Positions 38,244-47,255 of a stretch of 64,000 nt of DNA are shown piece by piece. The notes beneath the pieces were generated by a model. It worked only from the letters and a program-made list of their open reading frames with translations. It searched no databases and had not been told where the DNA came from. The stretch spans positions 2,176 through 66,175 of the forward strand of contig JAJDDY010000012.1 in the NCBI GenBank assembly GCA_029260075.1, given 5' to 3'. The stretch is from Phycisphaerae bacterium. GTDB taxonomy: Bacteria > Planctomycetota > Phycisphaerae > UBA1845. Positions within the stretch are counted from its first letter, which is position 1. Each line of letters opens with the position of its first letter. The translations under genes and the position numbers were made by a program.

Positions 38244-39679
38244 GGTGCCAGCGATCTGGCATGAACGCGCAGCACGCGGCGGGTCAATTCGGTCAGCTTG
38301 ACTCGGTCGTCAAGGCGGTGCCCGATGATCCAAATTGGACCGAGGTGATCGCACAGGATGGCCACCCGATCGCGCTCCTTAGGGTTGACCTTGGTATCGA
38401 TCAGGAAGTCGGAGACTTTCTTGGAACCCGGCGCGCCCAATGGCAAGAAACGATCGCCGGGTCGGCGCTTGCGCACGACCAGCGGCGGTCGAACGGCTTC
38501 AAAATCGATGTACTCATTCATCCGGTCACCGTTGCGGCGGAGGCGCTGAATGTCCGCAGCCGTCGCGGCGTCGATTGAGCAGTCGATCCGAAGGCGGCGG
38601 ATCGGCAAGAGCGTTTGACCGGGTACATGAACGGCGATTTCCGCAGCAATCGTTTCGCGCGGTTCTTCGGAGGGAAGCAAGAATAGTAGTTGGTGGTAGC
38701 GTTTCTCCATCAACATGCCCCCGGGTAGTTGAATCTGCCGGCCGCTTGCCGGGTCGGCGATGAGGTCGAGCGCCGAAACCATATGAGCGAAACAAAGATC
38801 CTGCTCGCCCAGACCAAACGAACGATACGCCAGCCGCACGAGCTCGGTCTGAACGATGCGGCTCTTGCGCGACAGCGTGTCTGCGTTGAGGGCGAGTTGT
38901 TGGTCCGTGCGAGAAATGATCAACGACTCAAAGGTGCGTTCCACGGTCTCGCGAAGATATTCTTCGACCCATCCGGCCTGCTCCGCAAGGCGAACCAGTG
39001 CATCGCGAACCTGCGGGTTCACTTCGGCTTCGACCAGCGGAAGGATGACGTTGCGGATGCGATTCCGCATCGGCTCATTCAACGTGTTGGTTCGATCTTC
39101 GCGAAACGCGATTCCAGAGTCAGCCAGATAGGCGCGCAATGTGGCCCGCGTCGTGTGCAACAGCGGTCGCACCAGTCGGATGTGGCTACTTGTGCTGATC
39201 GGTCGCGTTCTTGGGATGCCAATCAGACCGCGCAACCCCGTGCCGCGCAGGACGCGGTGCAAGACGGTCTCGGCGTTGTCGTCGGCATGGTGCCCGACGG
39301 CTGCGACGTCAAATCGCGACTTGATGCAGACGCGTTCGAGGAGCGCGTAACGCTCGCGGCGCCCGATTTCTTCGACCCCCGTCGACTCCTCCTTGGCGAG
39401 TTGAGCCACGTCGACCGTTTCGATGGTGCATGGCAGTCCGAGATCATCCGCAGCCGCTTGGACGAAGGCGGCGTCCTTTTCGGCTTCGCTCCCGCGCAGT
39501 TGATGATTCAGGTGGGCGACGTGGATCTTGAACGACCAGTCGTGTTCTTGGCTGAGCGCCAGCAATGCGTGGAGCAGGGCCATGGAGTCCGGGCCACCGG
39601 ACACACCGACGACCACACCGTCTTTCCGGTCAAGCAACGCCTCGGAGCGAATCTCTTGGCTTAGTGACTTGAGCATCAT
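38240..39679 (-). CDS. tilS: tRNA(Ile)-lysidine synthase
   Basis: PP-loop VVGVSGGPDSMALLHAL. TilS-type central and C-terminal domains (...RRPGDRFLPLGAPGSKKVSDFLID). Confidence 0.92.
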   Translation of the reverse strand: MMLKSLSQEIRSEALLDRKDGVVVGVSGGPDSMALLHALLALSQEHDWSFKIHVAHLNHQLRGSEAEKDAAFVQAAADDLGLPCTIETVDVAQLAKEESTGVEEIGRRERYALLERVCIKSRFDVAAVGHHADDNAETVLHRVLRGTGLRGLIGIPRTRPISTSSHIRLVRPLLHTTRATLRAYLADSGIAFREDRTNTLNEPMRNRIRNVILPLVEAEVNPQVRDALVRLAEQAGWVEEYLRETVERTFESLIISRTDQQLALNADTLSRKSRIVQTELVRLAYRSFGLGEQDLCFAHMVSALDLIADPASGRQIQLPGGMLMEKRYHQLLFLLPSEEPRETIAAEIAVHVPGQTLLPIRRLRIDCSIDAATAADIQRLRRNGDRMNEYIDFEAVRPPLVVRKRRPGDRFLPLGAPGSKKVSDFLIDTKVNPKERDRVAILCDHLGPIWIIGHRLDDRVKLTELTRRVLRVHARSLAP

Positions 39680-39854
39680 GGGCGTATCGCGTCGACGGAT
39701 CGCCGGCTACGTGCGTTCGGTGTCACATGTACGCAGCCGTCGATACGCACAGCCTACCCATCATACCCGGTGATTCCGACATGTCACCGTTTTTCCACAA
39801 TTGTCCCGGTTCAACGTGGTCGCCAGATGAGCCCGGGTGGATGACACTTTCGGC

Positions 39855-40095
39855 GGGTGCCCCATTCTTCGCCGTAGGCGAAGGGAGGGGGACGGGCAGT
39901 TTACGAAAAGACCAACAGTCCCCCACCCCTTCGCGTCACCAGACACTTGTGCTTCCATATGGGGCGCTACACGGTGACGCGAAGAATGGGGCACCCGCAC
40001 CGGTCGCCGATTCGACTCCCCCACGGCTGAAGCCATGGGCCACCCAGCCGCCATCGCGGGTTGTGCAGGCTGGAAGCCCGCGCTACAAACCACTC
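39855..40095. repeat. Family-C composite repeat, copy C3 (longest), ending in a GGCTGGAAGCC-type hairpin
   Basis: GGGTGCCCCATTCTTCGCCGTAGGCGAAGG...CACGGTGACGCGAAGAATGGGGCACCC (39855-39996), then GATTCGACTCCCCCACGGCTGAAGCCATGGGCCACCC, then TGCAGGCTGGAAGCCCGCGCTACAAACC (40063-40092). Confidence 0.75.
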
Positions 40096-40118
40096 TGCCC
40101 GGTAGGATCAGGGAAGGG

Positions 40119-40222
40119 TTAGAACAAACCGAGCCGCGACCGTGAGGGAGCGGTTTTCACCCTCGAAACCGGACCGCTTCCTCACGGGCGCGGCTCGGGA
40201 AGAGGCTTCTTGAACACGTTTT
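40119..40222. repeat. Family-A palindromic element, copy A4
   Basis: TTAGAACAAACCGAGCCGCGACCGTGAGGGAGCGG-loop-CCGCTTCCTCACGGGCGCGGCTCGGG...GAACACGTT. Confidence 0.8.
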
Positions 40223-40376
40223 TTGCGCGTCGCCGCTGATCCGTTCGAAATCGGACATCGTCGATTCTGAGCCCAAACCGGCTTTCCCTCTCGGACCTAA
40301 CTAACCACGCGCCCCGGCCGGGCCGATAACACGTGCACGGCAGCGGTTTGCGCTGCCTTTGGGAGTGGTCCGCGCG

Positions 40377-41984
40377 ATGAGGTTATGCCTGATATCTCCG
40401 CCCACGACGGTCGCCAGCACGACCGGGCACTATCCGCAGGTTCCGCCGCTGGGGGTGGCGTATCTGGCGGCGGCGGTGCGCCATGGCGGGCATGACGTCG
40501 AGGTGGTCGACGGACTCGGAGAGGCGCTCGAGGCCTACCACCCGTTCGTGCGGGGGCAATTCCTGAACGGTCTTTCTATTGAGCAGGTCGTTGACCGGGT
40601 CGATCCGTCGGTCGACTTGATCGGCGTCAGTGTGATGTTCTCCAAGCAGTGGCCGGTGGCGCGGCGAATTGTGGCTGCGCTTCGTGAAGCCTTTTCCGAC
40701 ACGCCCATTGTGGTCGGTGGCGAGCATCCGACGGCGGCGATGGAACACGTGTTCGAGAGTTCCCCGGTCGACTACGTCGTGCTCGGCGAGGGCGAAGACA
40801 CGCTGTGCGCGTTGCTTGATTCGTTAGGACAGTCTCGCCGTCCCGACGTCTCACGAATCGCCGGCTTGGCCTATCGCCGATCGGCCATGTCTTGCACAAC
40901 CAAACACGGCCACATCAGTCTACCTATTTTCGGCGACCGCGTTTCCGGTGACATTGTCAAGAACGCGACTAGGCCACGTCGTCGCGCCCTCGACGCCCTC
41001 CCCTGGCCCGCGTGGGATCTGATCCCACTGCGTCGCTACATCGATGCCAAGCGATTCCAGGATTGCAGCGAGCGGCGAGTGATGGTGATGCTGGGTACGC
41101 GCGGTTGTCCTTATGAATGCAAATTCTGCTCGAACCCGCAAATGTGGACGACGAGCTTCTACACGCGCGACCCGGAGGACTTGGTCGACGAAATGGAACA
41201 CTACGTGCGTCAATACGACGTGTCGGAGTTCCAGTTTCAAGACCTCACCTTCGTGGTCAACAGGCGATGGGTGATGCGTGTGGCTGATGAAATAATCGCC
41301 CGCCAACTCGACATTGTATGGAAGCTGCCGGGCGGAACGCGTAGTGAGGCGTTCGACGCGGAACTGATGGCCAAGCTGAGCGAGAGCGGCTGTCGGTCGC
41401 TCTGCTTCGCGCCGGAGAGCGGTTCGCCGCGCGTGCTCGAAGCCATGAAGAAGAAGGCCGATCCGAAACGCTTCATTGAACTTGGGCGCATCGTCCGGCG
41501 CGACCGCGTCGATGTGGACATCACCGCGTTCATCATCATCGGATCGCCCGACGAACGGTTTCGTGATTTGCTTCAGACCTATTGGTTCATCGCTCGCCTG
41601 GCGCTGAGCGGTTACGACGGGATCATGTGCAGTCGGTTTACGTGTTATCCCGGGTCGGCGTATCACGAAGAGTATCTGAAGCAGGGGCTGATCGAGTACG
41701 ACGACGACTATTTTCTTGATCTCGATCTGAGTCTGGCGAACCTGCGACACGGTCGCAGTTGGCATCCCAGGTGGGGTGACAAGCGTCTGCAACTCTTCGT
41801 TATGTTCGGTTATGTCTTGTTTTTCTTGGTCTATTACGCATCTCGGCCGACGCGCGTGTGGCGTAGCGTGCTGGCTGTTTTGCGCAACAAGCCGACATCG
41901 CGCGTGGAGCTTGTCGTTGCGCACGGTCTCGGTGAACGACTGCGTCGCCTGTGGCGACGACAACCTATGGCGCCGGCGGGGTAG
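40377..41984 (+). CDS. B12-binding-domain radical SAM protein with C-terminal membrane helix
   Basis: ATG 40377. The N-terminal Rossmann-like domain (MRLCLISPP...PPLGVAYLAAAVRHGGHDVEVVDG...IVVGGEHPT) is a cobalamin-binding type. rSAM cluster motif GCPYECKFC. C-terminal hydrophobic helix LFVMFGYVLFFLVYY. Confidence 0.85.
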   Translation: MRLCLISPPTTVASTTGHYPQVPPLGVAYLAAAVRHGGHDVEVVDGLGEALEAYHPFVRGQFLNGLSIEQVVDRVDPSVDLIGVSVMFSKQWPVARRIVAALREAFSDTPIVVGGEHPTAAMEHVFESSPVDYVVLGEGEDTLCALLDSLGQSRRPDVSRIAGLAYRRSAMSCTTKHGHISLPIFGDRVSGDIVKNATRPRRRALDALPWPAWDLIPLRRYIDAKRFQDCSERRVMVMLGTRGCPYECKFCSNPQMWTTSFYTRDPEDLVDEMEHYVRQYDVSEFQFQDLTFVVNRRWVMRVADEIIARQLDIVWKLPGGTRSEAFDAELMAKLSESGCRSLCFAPESGSPRVLEAMKKKADPKRFIELGRIVRRDRVDVDITAFIIIGSPDERFRDLLQTYWFIARLALSGYDGIMCSRFTCYPGSAYHEEYLKQGLIEYDDDYFLDLDLSLANLRHGRSWHPRWGDKRLQLFVMFGYVLFFLVYYASRPTRVWRSVLAVLRNKPTSRVELVVAHGLGERLRRLWRRQPMAPAG

Positions 41985-42010
41985 CGGTATTGTTGTTGCG
42001 AAGCCGTCCG

Positions 42011-42083
42011 TGTGCGAGGCGAACAACCGCTCCCTTACGGTCGCGGCTCGGTTAGCGACGGTCTTTCTTGTACACGTTCTAAG
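42011..42083. repeat. Family-A element, half copy A5 (one arm plus loop, inverted)
   Basis: TGTGCGAGGCGAACAACCGCTCCCTTACGGTCGCGGCTCGG...GTACACGTTCTAAG. Confidence 0.7.
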
Positions 42084-42179
42084 CACAGGGCGTCCGTATT
42101 GTGTGACTTCGACGTGTTGCCCGTGGTTCGCACAGTGGCGGATCGACAAACGCCCCGATAGCTGTCGGGGATCGGAATA

Positions 42180-43466
42180 ATGACCATGTGGATGATGGTA
42201 TTGGCATTTGGGATCGCGACGTTGCTGCTGGCGTGGCTGTTGTTCGGCTATGTCGTGTGGCTTCGTTTTGTGGGGGATACGCGCCTTCGCGATGACGCGG
42301 CCGTGCCCAGTCAACTCCCCTTTATGTCCATTATCATACCCTGCCTGAATGAACAGTCCATGATCGTCGACAAGCTCGACAATGTGCTGGCGTCAGACTA
42401 CCCGTCCGACAAGATGGAGATTGTGGTCGCGGATGGCGGGTCGACGGACGGAACATTGGCGTTGGTCGAGGGCATCGCTCGTGACGATCAGCGCGTACGT
42501 CTCGTTCACTGTTGCCGTGGTGGAAAGATTAACCAACTCAACGAAGTGCTACCCACCCTTCGCAGCGACTTGGTCGTCGTGACGGACACCGACGCACGCA
42601 TCAACAGCAGCGGACTGAGTTGGGTGGCGGCCGAGTTCTGCGCCGACGCTGATGTGGCTGTGGTCGGTGGATATACGTCGCCAAGCGGCGGGCTTGCGGT
42701 GGAGCGTTGCTATTGGGCGGCTCAGAACCGGATTCGACTCTTGGAGAGCAGCGTGTTGCACGTGTCCACAGTCGTGGCGTGTTGCTACGCGTTCCGGCGC
42801 GATCTGATCGACCGCTTTCCCGACGACGTGATCGCAGACGATGTATACATCACCGCTGTGGCCAACACGCGCGGCCACAAGACGGTCTACTGCCCGCGTG
42901 CCGTGGTCAAAGAATTACGCACGCCGCAAACCCTACCGGAGTTTTTCCAACACAAGTTCCGTAAGAGCAACGCGGTGCTTCGCGAGCTCATGCGGTTTGC
43001 CTACGCCCTGCCGGATATGGACTCGCGCTGGAAGTCGATTCTTAGCACACGAATTGTCCAACAGCTATTGCTTCCGTGGGCCACCGGAATTTGGATCGCC
43101 CTCGGGGTCGCACTGGTCAACCTTGGTCAATGGGATGTTCCGGTGCTCGGTGCGTCGCTTCTGTGCGTGATGCTTCTGGTGACCCGCAAAGCCACACTGT
43201 CCGTCGAGTTGCCGGGTGATCCCGAGCGGTTCGGACCGGTGACGCTCGGGCTCGCCTATGTGTACACAATGGCTATCTGCTGCGCTACGGCTGTCACCTA
43301 CTTGTCGTTTCGACAAACGAGTTGCTACGCCCGCGTTGGCGGAGACTTGAAGAATAGCGAACAACCGAACCTTGTCGGGTCCGTAATGACGAAGCCGGCG
43401 TCCGATGTGGTTTCAGTGATGCCAACCGTTAGCGGTTTCACGCTTGCGGTGGGCGAATCGAAATAG
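42180..43466 (+). CDS. Family 2 glycosyltransferase with flanking transmembrane segments
   Basis: MSIIIPCLNE...EIVVADGGSTDGT...VVTDTDAR (GT-A fold, DxD). TM helices before and after the catalytic domain, an ArnC/GtrB/HpnI-like architecture. Confidence 0.85.
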   Translation: MTMWMMVLAFGIATLLLAWLLFGYVVWLRFVGDTRLRDDAAVPSQLPFMSIIIPCLNEQSMIVDKLDNVLASDYPSDKMEIVVADGGSTDGTLALVEGIARDDQRVRLVHCCRGGKINQLNEVLPTLRSDLVVVTDTDARINSSGLSWVAAEFCADADVAVVGGYTSPSGGLAVERCYWAAQNRIRLLESSVLHVSTVVACCYAFRRDLIDRFPDDVIADDVYITAVANTRGHKTVYCPRAVVKELRTPQTLPEFFQHKFRKSNAVLRELMRFAYALPDMDSRWKSILSTRIVQQLLLPWATGIWIALGVALVNLGQWDVPVLGASLLCVMLLVTRKATLSVELPGDPERFGPVTLGLAYVYTMAICCATAVTYLSFRQTSCYARVGGDLKNSEQPNLVGSVMTKPASDVVSVMPTVSGFTLAVGESK

Positions 43467-43529
43467 GGTTTCTTGCAAGGCGCTCTCGGTGAGCGTGGCT
43501 GCCACGGTGAACGAACTTCGTGGCGTTGG

Positions 43530-45176
43530 ATGGAACGAATGGCACAGGCTTTGACTACCCATACGACTTGGACGCTGCCGCGCGTTGATCTGCGCGACTG
43601 GCGACCGGTATTGCTGGTCGTACTTTTTCTGGCGGTGGTCGTGCGCGTCTCCATGCTTGGATTCGACAGCCTGTCGCACGCCGAAGCCGGTCGAGCGAAC
43701 GATGCACGATGGGCGACGCTGTCGGAGATGCGATGGTACCCGCCGCTTCAATACGCCGTGCTCTGGGCTGTGCGAAGTTTCGTCGGTAAGGGTGAGCTCG
43801 TGCTGCGTCTGCCCAGCGCTCTAGCCGGCGTAGCGTGTGTGGCTGTGCTGTTCATGTTCACACGCCGATACGTCGACGCCTGGTCCGGCGTGTGTGTGGC
43901 CGGTGTGGCTGCGTTTCATGCGGAACTCGTCACACAGTCGCGCATTATGAAGGAATTCAGCATCGAAGCCTTGATGGCGATCATTCTCATGTGGGCCGGA
44001 TTGGCGGCGGCCACCCATCGGACCACGCGAAGTCTCATTACGTTCGCAGCAATTGCCCTGTTGGCCATGCTCTTGACGTATACCGCGCCGCTCATCGCCG
44101 CGTCGTGGTTGCTGGTGATCGGGTTCCTGCTGATTCGCAACTCGGAAACCCACAAGCAAATCCCCTGTTTCGTGGGTGTCGCGATCGCGTTGGCTATTGG
44201 TGCGGGACTATCCTATCTATGGCTCTCTGGGGCATTCAACAAGAGTGGAGCCTACAAAGACTACGGCATTGTCAATGGTGCTTGGCCCATAGCGTACGAT
44301 GTGGAAACCCTTGCTCTATGGGTGGTTGCCCAAAGCTATGGGGCCATGCGATTCGTTCTTGGCATATCTCCCCTCTACGCACCCATCGACGCGCTGATCG
44401 GTGGGTATGAGATCCTGCTGATCGCAGTGGCGGTCACCGTGTTGTATCGAAGGGTGCCCGCGCTCTGCGCCGCAACTGTCGTGTTGGTTCTGCTCACAAT
44501 GGTCGCGGGTGCCGCCAGGTTCTGGCCGTTCGGCAATTTCCATACGCAGACTTTTCTCGTTCCGCTTGTTTGCGTCGCTGTGGGATGTGGCCTTCGCCGT
44601 GCGGCTACGCAGTTGAAATCTCGCCCGGCGATAGCTGCGCTGGTGTTGGTCTGCCTGATTAACCCCGCCGCACGCGCCGTGAAGAACACCGTAGTCAGTC
44701 CCCCCGTCTCCGAACACCTGCGTCCGGTCCTTGAATATGTGAATGTCCGCGCCGAGCGCGACGACGGCATTTTCGTGTACTACGCTGCGGCGGCTGCTAC
44801 ACGCTACTATTGGGAGCGACGCGACATTGGAATTCTCACCCAGACGTACAAAGATCGTGGTCACGTCGACAGGTTCCTGGCCCGTTTCGATCGGTTCATG
44901 GCCGACCACAATCGGGTCTGGTTCGTTTCGACACACGACATCAACGACGAGCGCAAAACATGGACGGCGGCGCTTCAACGGAAGTATACGTCGGTCGACG
45001 AGTATGAAAGTGAAGATGCGGCCGTAACGTTGTTTGTGTCCGTGGATCGCGCTGCGATGACCGAGTCGACGAAGATTGGTCGTTCAGTGCGTGAGGCGTT
45101 GGTCAGTCCGCAGCAGGATGCTACGGCCGCCATTAGCATTCGAACCGACTCCACACCGGAAGGAGCGCCAAATTGA
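43530..45176 (+). CDS. GT-C-like (ArnT/PMT_2-type) polytopic membrane protein
   Basis: About 12 predicted TM helices with the first periplasmic loop after VLLVVLFLAVVVRV, and a soluble C-terminal domain. Start is uncertain (TTG 43473, ATG 43530 or ATG 43539). Confidence 0.6.
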   Translation: MERMAQALTTHTTWTLPRVDLRDWRPVLLVVLFLAVVVRVSMLGFDSLSHAEAGRANDARWATLSEMRWYPPLQYAVLWAVRSFVGKGELVLRLPSALAGVACVAVLFMFTRRYVDAWSGVCVAGVAAFHAELVTQSRIMKEFSIEALMAIILMWAGLAAATHRTTRSLITFAAIALLAMLLTYTAPLIAASWLLVIGFLLIRNSETHKQIPCFVGVAIALAIGAGLSYLWLSGAFNKSGAYKDYGIVNGAWPIAYDVETLALWVVAQSYGAMRFVLGISPLYAPIDALIGGYEILLIAVAVTVLYRRVPALCAATVVLVLLTMVAGAARFWPFGNFHTQTFLVPLVCVAVGCGLRRAATQLKSRPAIAALVLVCLINPAARAVKNTVVSPPVSEHLRPVLEYVNVRAERDDGIFVYYAAAAATRYYWERRDIGILTQTYKDRGHVDRFLARFDRFMADHNRVWFVSTHDINDERKTWTAALQRKYTSVDEYESEDAAVTLFVSVDRAAMTESTKIGRSVREALVSPQQDATAAISIRTDSTPEGAPN

Positions 45177-46057
45177 AGAGCGTGGACGCAATCCGTGAAG
45201 AGGAATATACCGATTGGACGACGAACGCGGCGTTCTACGTGGGCGACGATGAGTCTCCGTTGATGCAAGAACTCGCGATGCGCCGGGACCGATACTTCGA
45301 CCTTCGTCCGGGGGACCGAGTCTTGGACCTCGGTTGTGGATCGGGCGCTGTGGTTGCGCGACTTCGCAAGTGTGGCGTCGATGTCGTGGGCGTGGACTAC
45401 GCGGAGGCCATGGTCGACGTCGCCCGGGAAACATACGGTCTCGGCGACAAGGTTCGTCGCATGGATGCGACCGACCTGCAGTTCGAGTCGAACTCGTTCG
45501 ACGTTGTACTCGCCAATGGTGTGCTGCATCATTTGACGGTTCAGGAGCAACTGGACGGTGCGCTATCGGAAGTTCACCGCATACTGCGACCGGGCGGCCG
45601 GTTGTGCTGTTTCGATCGCAATGGAAGTTTCGCATCGGCTGCACTGACGCATTTGTGCGTCAACGTCAAGGAAGCACTGCGCGTGCTGACTCGGCGGGAA
45701 CGCTTCGCCAGTTGCGCATCACGCAATGAGATATCCTTCGGCGCCCCGCGCGATCTGAAGCGGATCGAACGCGCCGGGTTCTCACTCCACGAGCGAATGG
45801 ATGTATCTACGGTTCCGTTCTTCCTCTCCGTGGTCACGATGAACGCGACACAATACTTCCTATCCGAACGTCTCCGTCGCTTTGCTGAAGCCAAGCTGCA
45901 GCGATCGATGAGTTGGATCGACGGATGCTTGAACTGGCGATGGCTTTCGATCGAGCAGTTTGTGATTTTTCATAGGTGCGCCTCGGTGGCTGTGATGATG
46001 ATGCCGGCGCCGGAACAGTCGACGACGCCGAATCAGGTTAGTCCGGCGGCGGTATAG
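45173..46057 (+). CDS. Class I SAM-dependent methyltransferase
   Basis: Motif I VLDLGCGSG, plus VGVDYAEAMV and VLANGVLHHL. The start overlaps the previous stop (TTG 45173 or GTG 45182). Confidence 0.88.
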   Translation: MKSVDAIREEEYTDWTTNAAFYVGDDESPLMQELAMRRDRYFDLRPGDRVLDLGCGSGAVVARLRKCGVDVVGVDYAEAMVDVARETYGLGDKVRRMDATDLQFESNSFDVVLANGVLHHLTVQEQLDGALSEVHRILRPGGRLCCFDRNGSFASAALTHLCVNVKEALRVLTRRERFASCASRNEISFGAPRDLKRIERAGFSLHERMDVSTVPFFLSVVTMNATQYFLSERLRRFAEAKLQRSMSWIDGCLNWRWLSIEQFVIFHRCASVAVMMMPAPEQSTTPNQVSPAAV

Positions 46058-46069
46058 GTGTAAGGAACC

Positions 46070-47173
46070 ATGAACGCACACCCACACGAACTTGTTGGCT
46101 TGACCTGTGAAGGCAGAGCACTGGCGCCGTCTGCGACGGATTCACAAGCGGAGGAACTGTCGCGCCGGCCAGGTTGGCTGATGCGTCGGTCGCGTGTTCT
46201 GCGCGATGTACTCCTTCCACGACCCGTAGCCCGTGGTGTGCCGTTTGAATATGTCATTGAGGTGACCAGTCGGTGCAATCTACTGTGCCCGATGTGTCCG
46301 AGAGAAATCAGTCCAAGCGTCGGCAACAAAGACATGGATCTTAATACGTTCGATTCCGTAATCGATCGCATCCGCGATGATGCGTCGTTCGTCTGGCTGG
46401 CCGGATTGGGCGAGCCGATGATGAGCAAACATTTCATTGAGATGATTCGTCGCTGTAAAGACGCTGGTATTGCGACCGGGGCGTCGACGAACGGAACGTT
46501 CTTGAATCCTACGTGGCAACAGCGACTACTCGACATTGGGTTGGATCTTCTGATCGTTTCGTTCGACGGCGCCAACAAGGAGACGTACGAGAACATTCGC
46601 GTGGGCGCGGACTTCGACAAAGTGTGTACGAACGTGCGCGACTTCGCGGCCATGAAAGTGGAACGTCGTGTCGAGAAACCGTGGTTGATTCTGCAGATGA
46701 TCGAATTGGCGCCGACCCGCGGGCAAGGTCAGGCCTTCCGCGACATGTGGAACCTTCCCGGTGTCGACGCAGTACGAGTAAAAAAAGACGAGTTGCAGTT
46801 TGAAGAATCGCTGGCGTTTGAAGGTCAGCGCAAACGGGATGGCCGCCGGACCTGCCCCTACCTTTGGCGCGGGACGATGTACATCCATTCTGACGGCGCG
46901 ATCTCACCATGTTGTTATGGTCACCACGACAAGTCGTTCGGACGAATACAAGACGCATCTGTCTCGCGACTTTGGAACGGTCCGAAGGTTCGCGCGCTGC
47001 GCGAAGTTCATCTCGCCGGTGGCGCCGGCGACGAGGCGTTTTGCAAGAACTGCCATACGTTTCAACCCGGCAGCGTCTCCACTGCAGCATCTGTCCTCGT
47101 CCCAAGCCTGACACAAAAGAAACATGCGGATGTCGTGGAGAAATTGAACCGATGGGTACGATTCATGGAATAG
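46070..47173 (+). CDS. Radical SAM protein with SPASM-type C-terminal Cys cluster
   Basis: VTSRCNLLCPMCPRE (CxxxCxxC). The C-terminal CPYLW...SPCCYGH...FCKNC is typical of SPASM/twitch auxiliary-cluster domains. Confidence 0.85.
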   Translation: MNAHPHELVGLTCEGRALAPSATDSQAEELSRRPGWLMRRSRVLRDVLLPRPVARGVPFEYVIEVTSRCNLLCPMCPREISPSVGNKDMDLNTFDSVIDRIRDDASFVWLAGLGEPMMSKHFIEMIRRCKDAGIATGASTNGTFLNPTWQQRLLDIGLDLLIVSFDGANKETYENIRVGADFDKVCTNVRDFAAMKVERRVEKPWLILQMIELAPTRGQGQAFRDMWNLPGVDAVRVKKDELQFEESLAFEGQRKRDGRRTCPYLWRGTMYIHSDGAISPCCYGHHDKSFGRIQDASVSRLWNGPKVRALREVHLAGGAGDEAFCKNCHTFQPGSVSTAASVLVPSLTQKKHADVVEKLNRWVRFME

Positions 47174-47188
47174 CCGCCGATTGAACAA

Positions 47189-47222
47189 GTGTGGCGCCGG
47201 ATTCCAGTCGGTGATCCATCTG
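47189..47222. repeat. Family-B hairpin repeat, copy B5 (diverged)
   Basis: GTGTGGCGCCGGATTCCAGTCGGTGATCCATCTG, 16 nt after the SPASM rSAM stop. Confidence 0.65.
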
Positions 47223-47255
47223 CTCGAATGTTCATAAGTCTATGGAACTGTCGTT

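Noticed and set aside
40009-40040. tRNA-like T-arm (GATTCGACTCCCCC) at 40009 and 57114.
   Set aside because: The 5' side is not complementary, so there is no T-stem. There is no acceptor, D or anticodon arm. The sequence is part of repeat family C.
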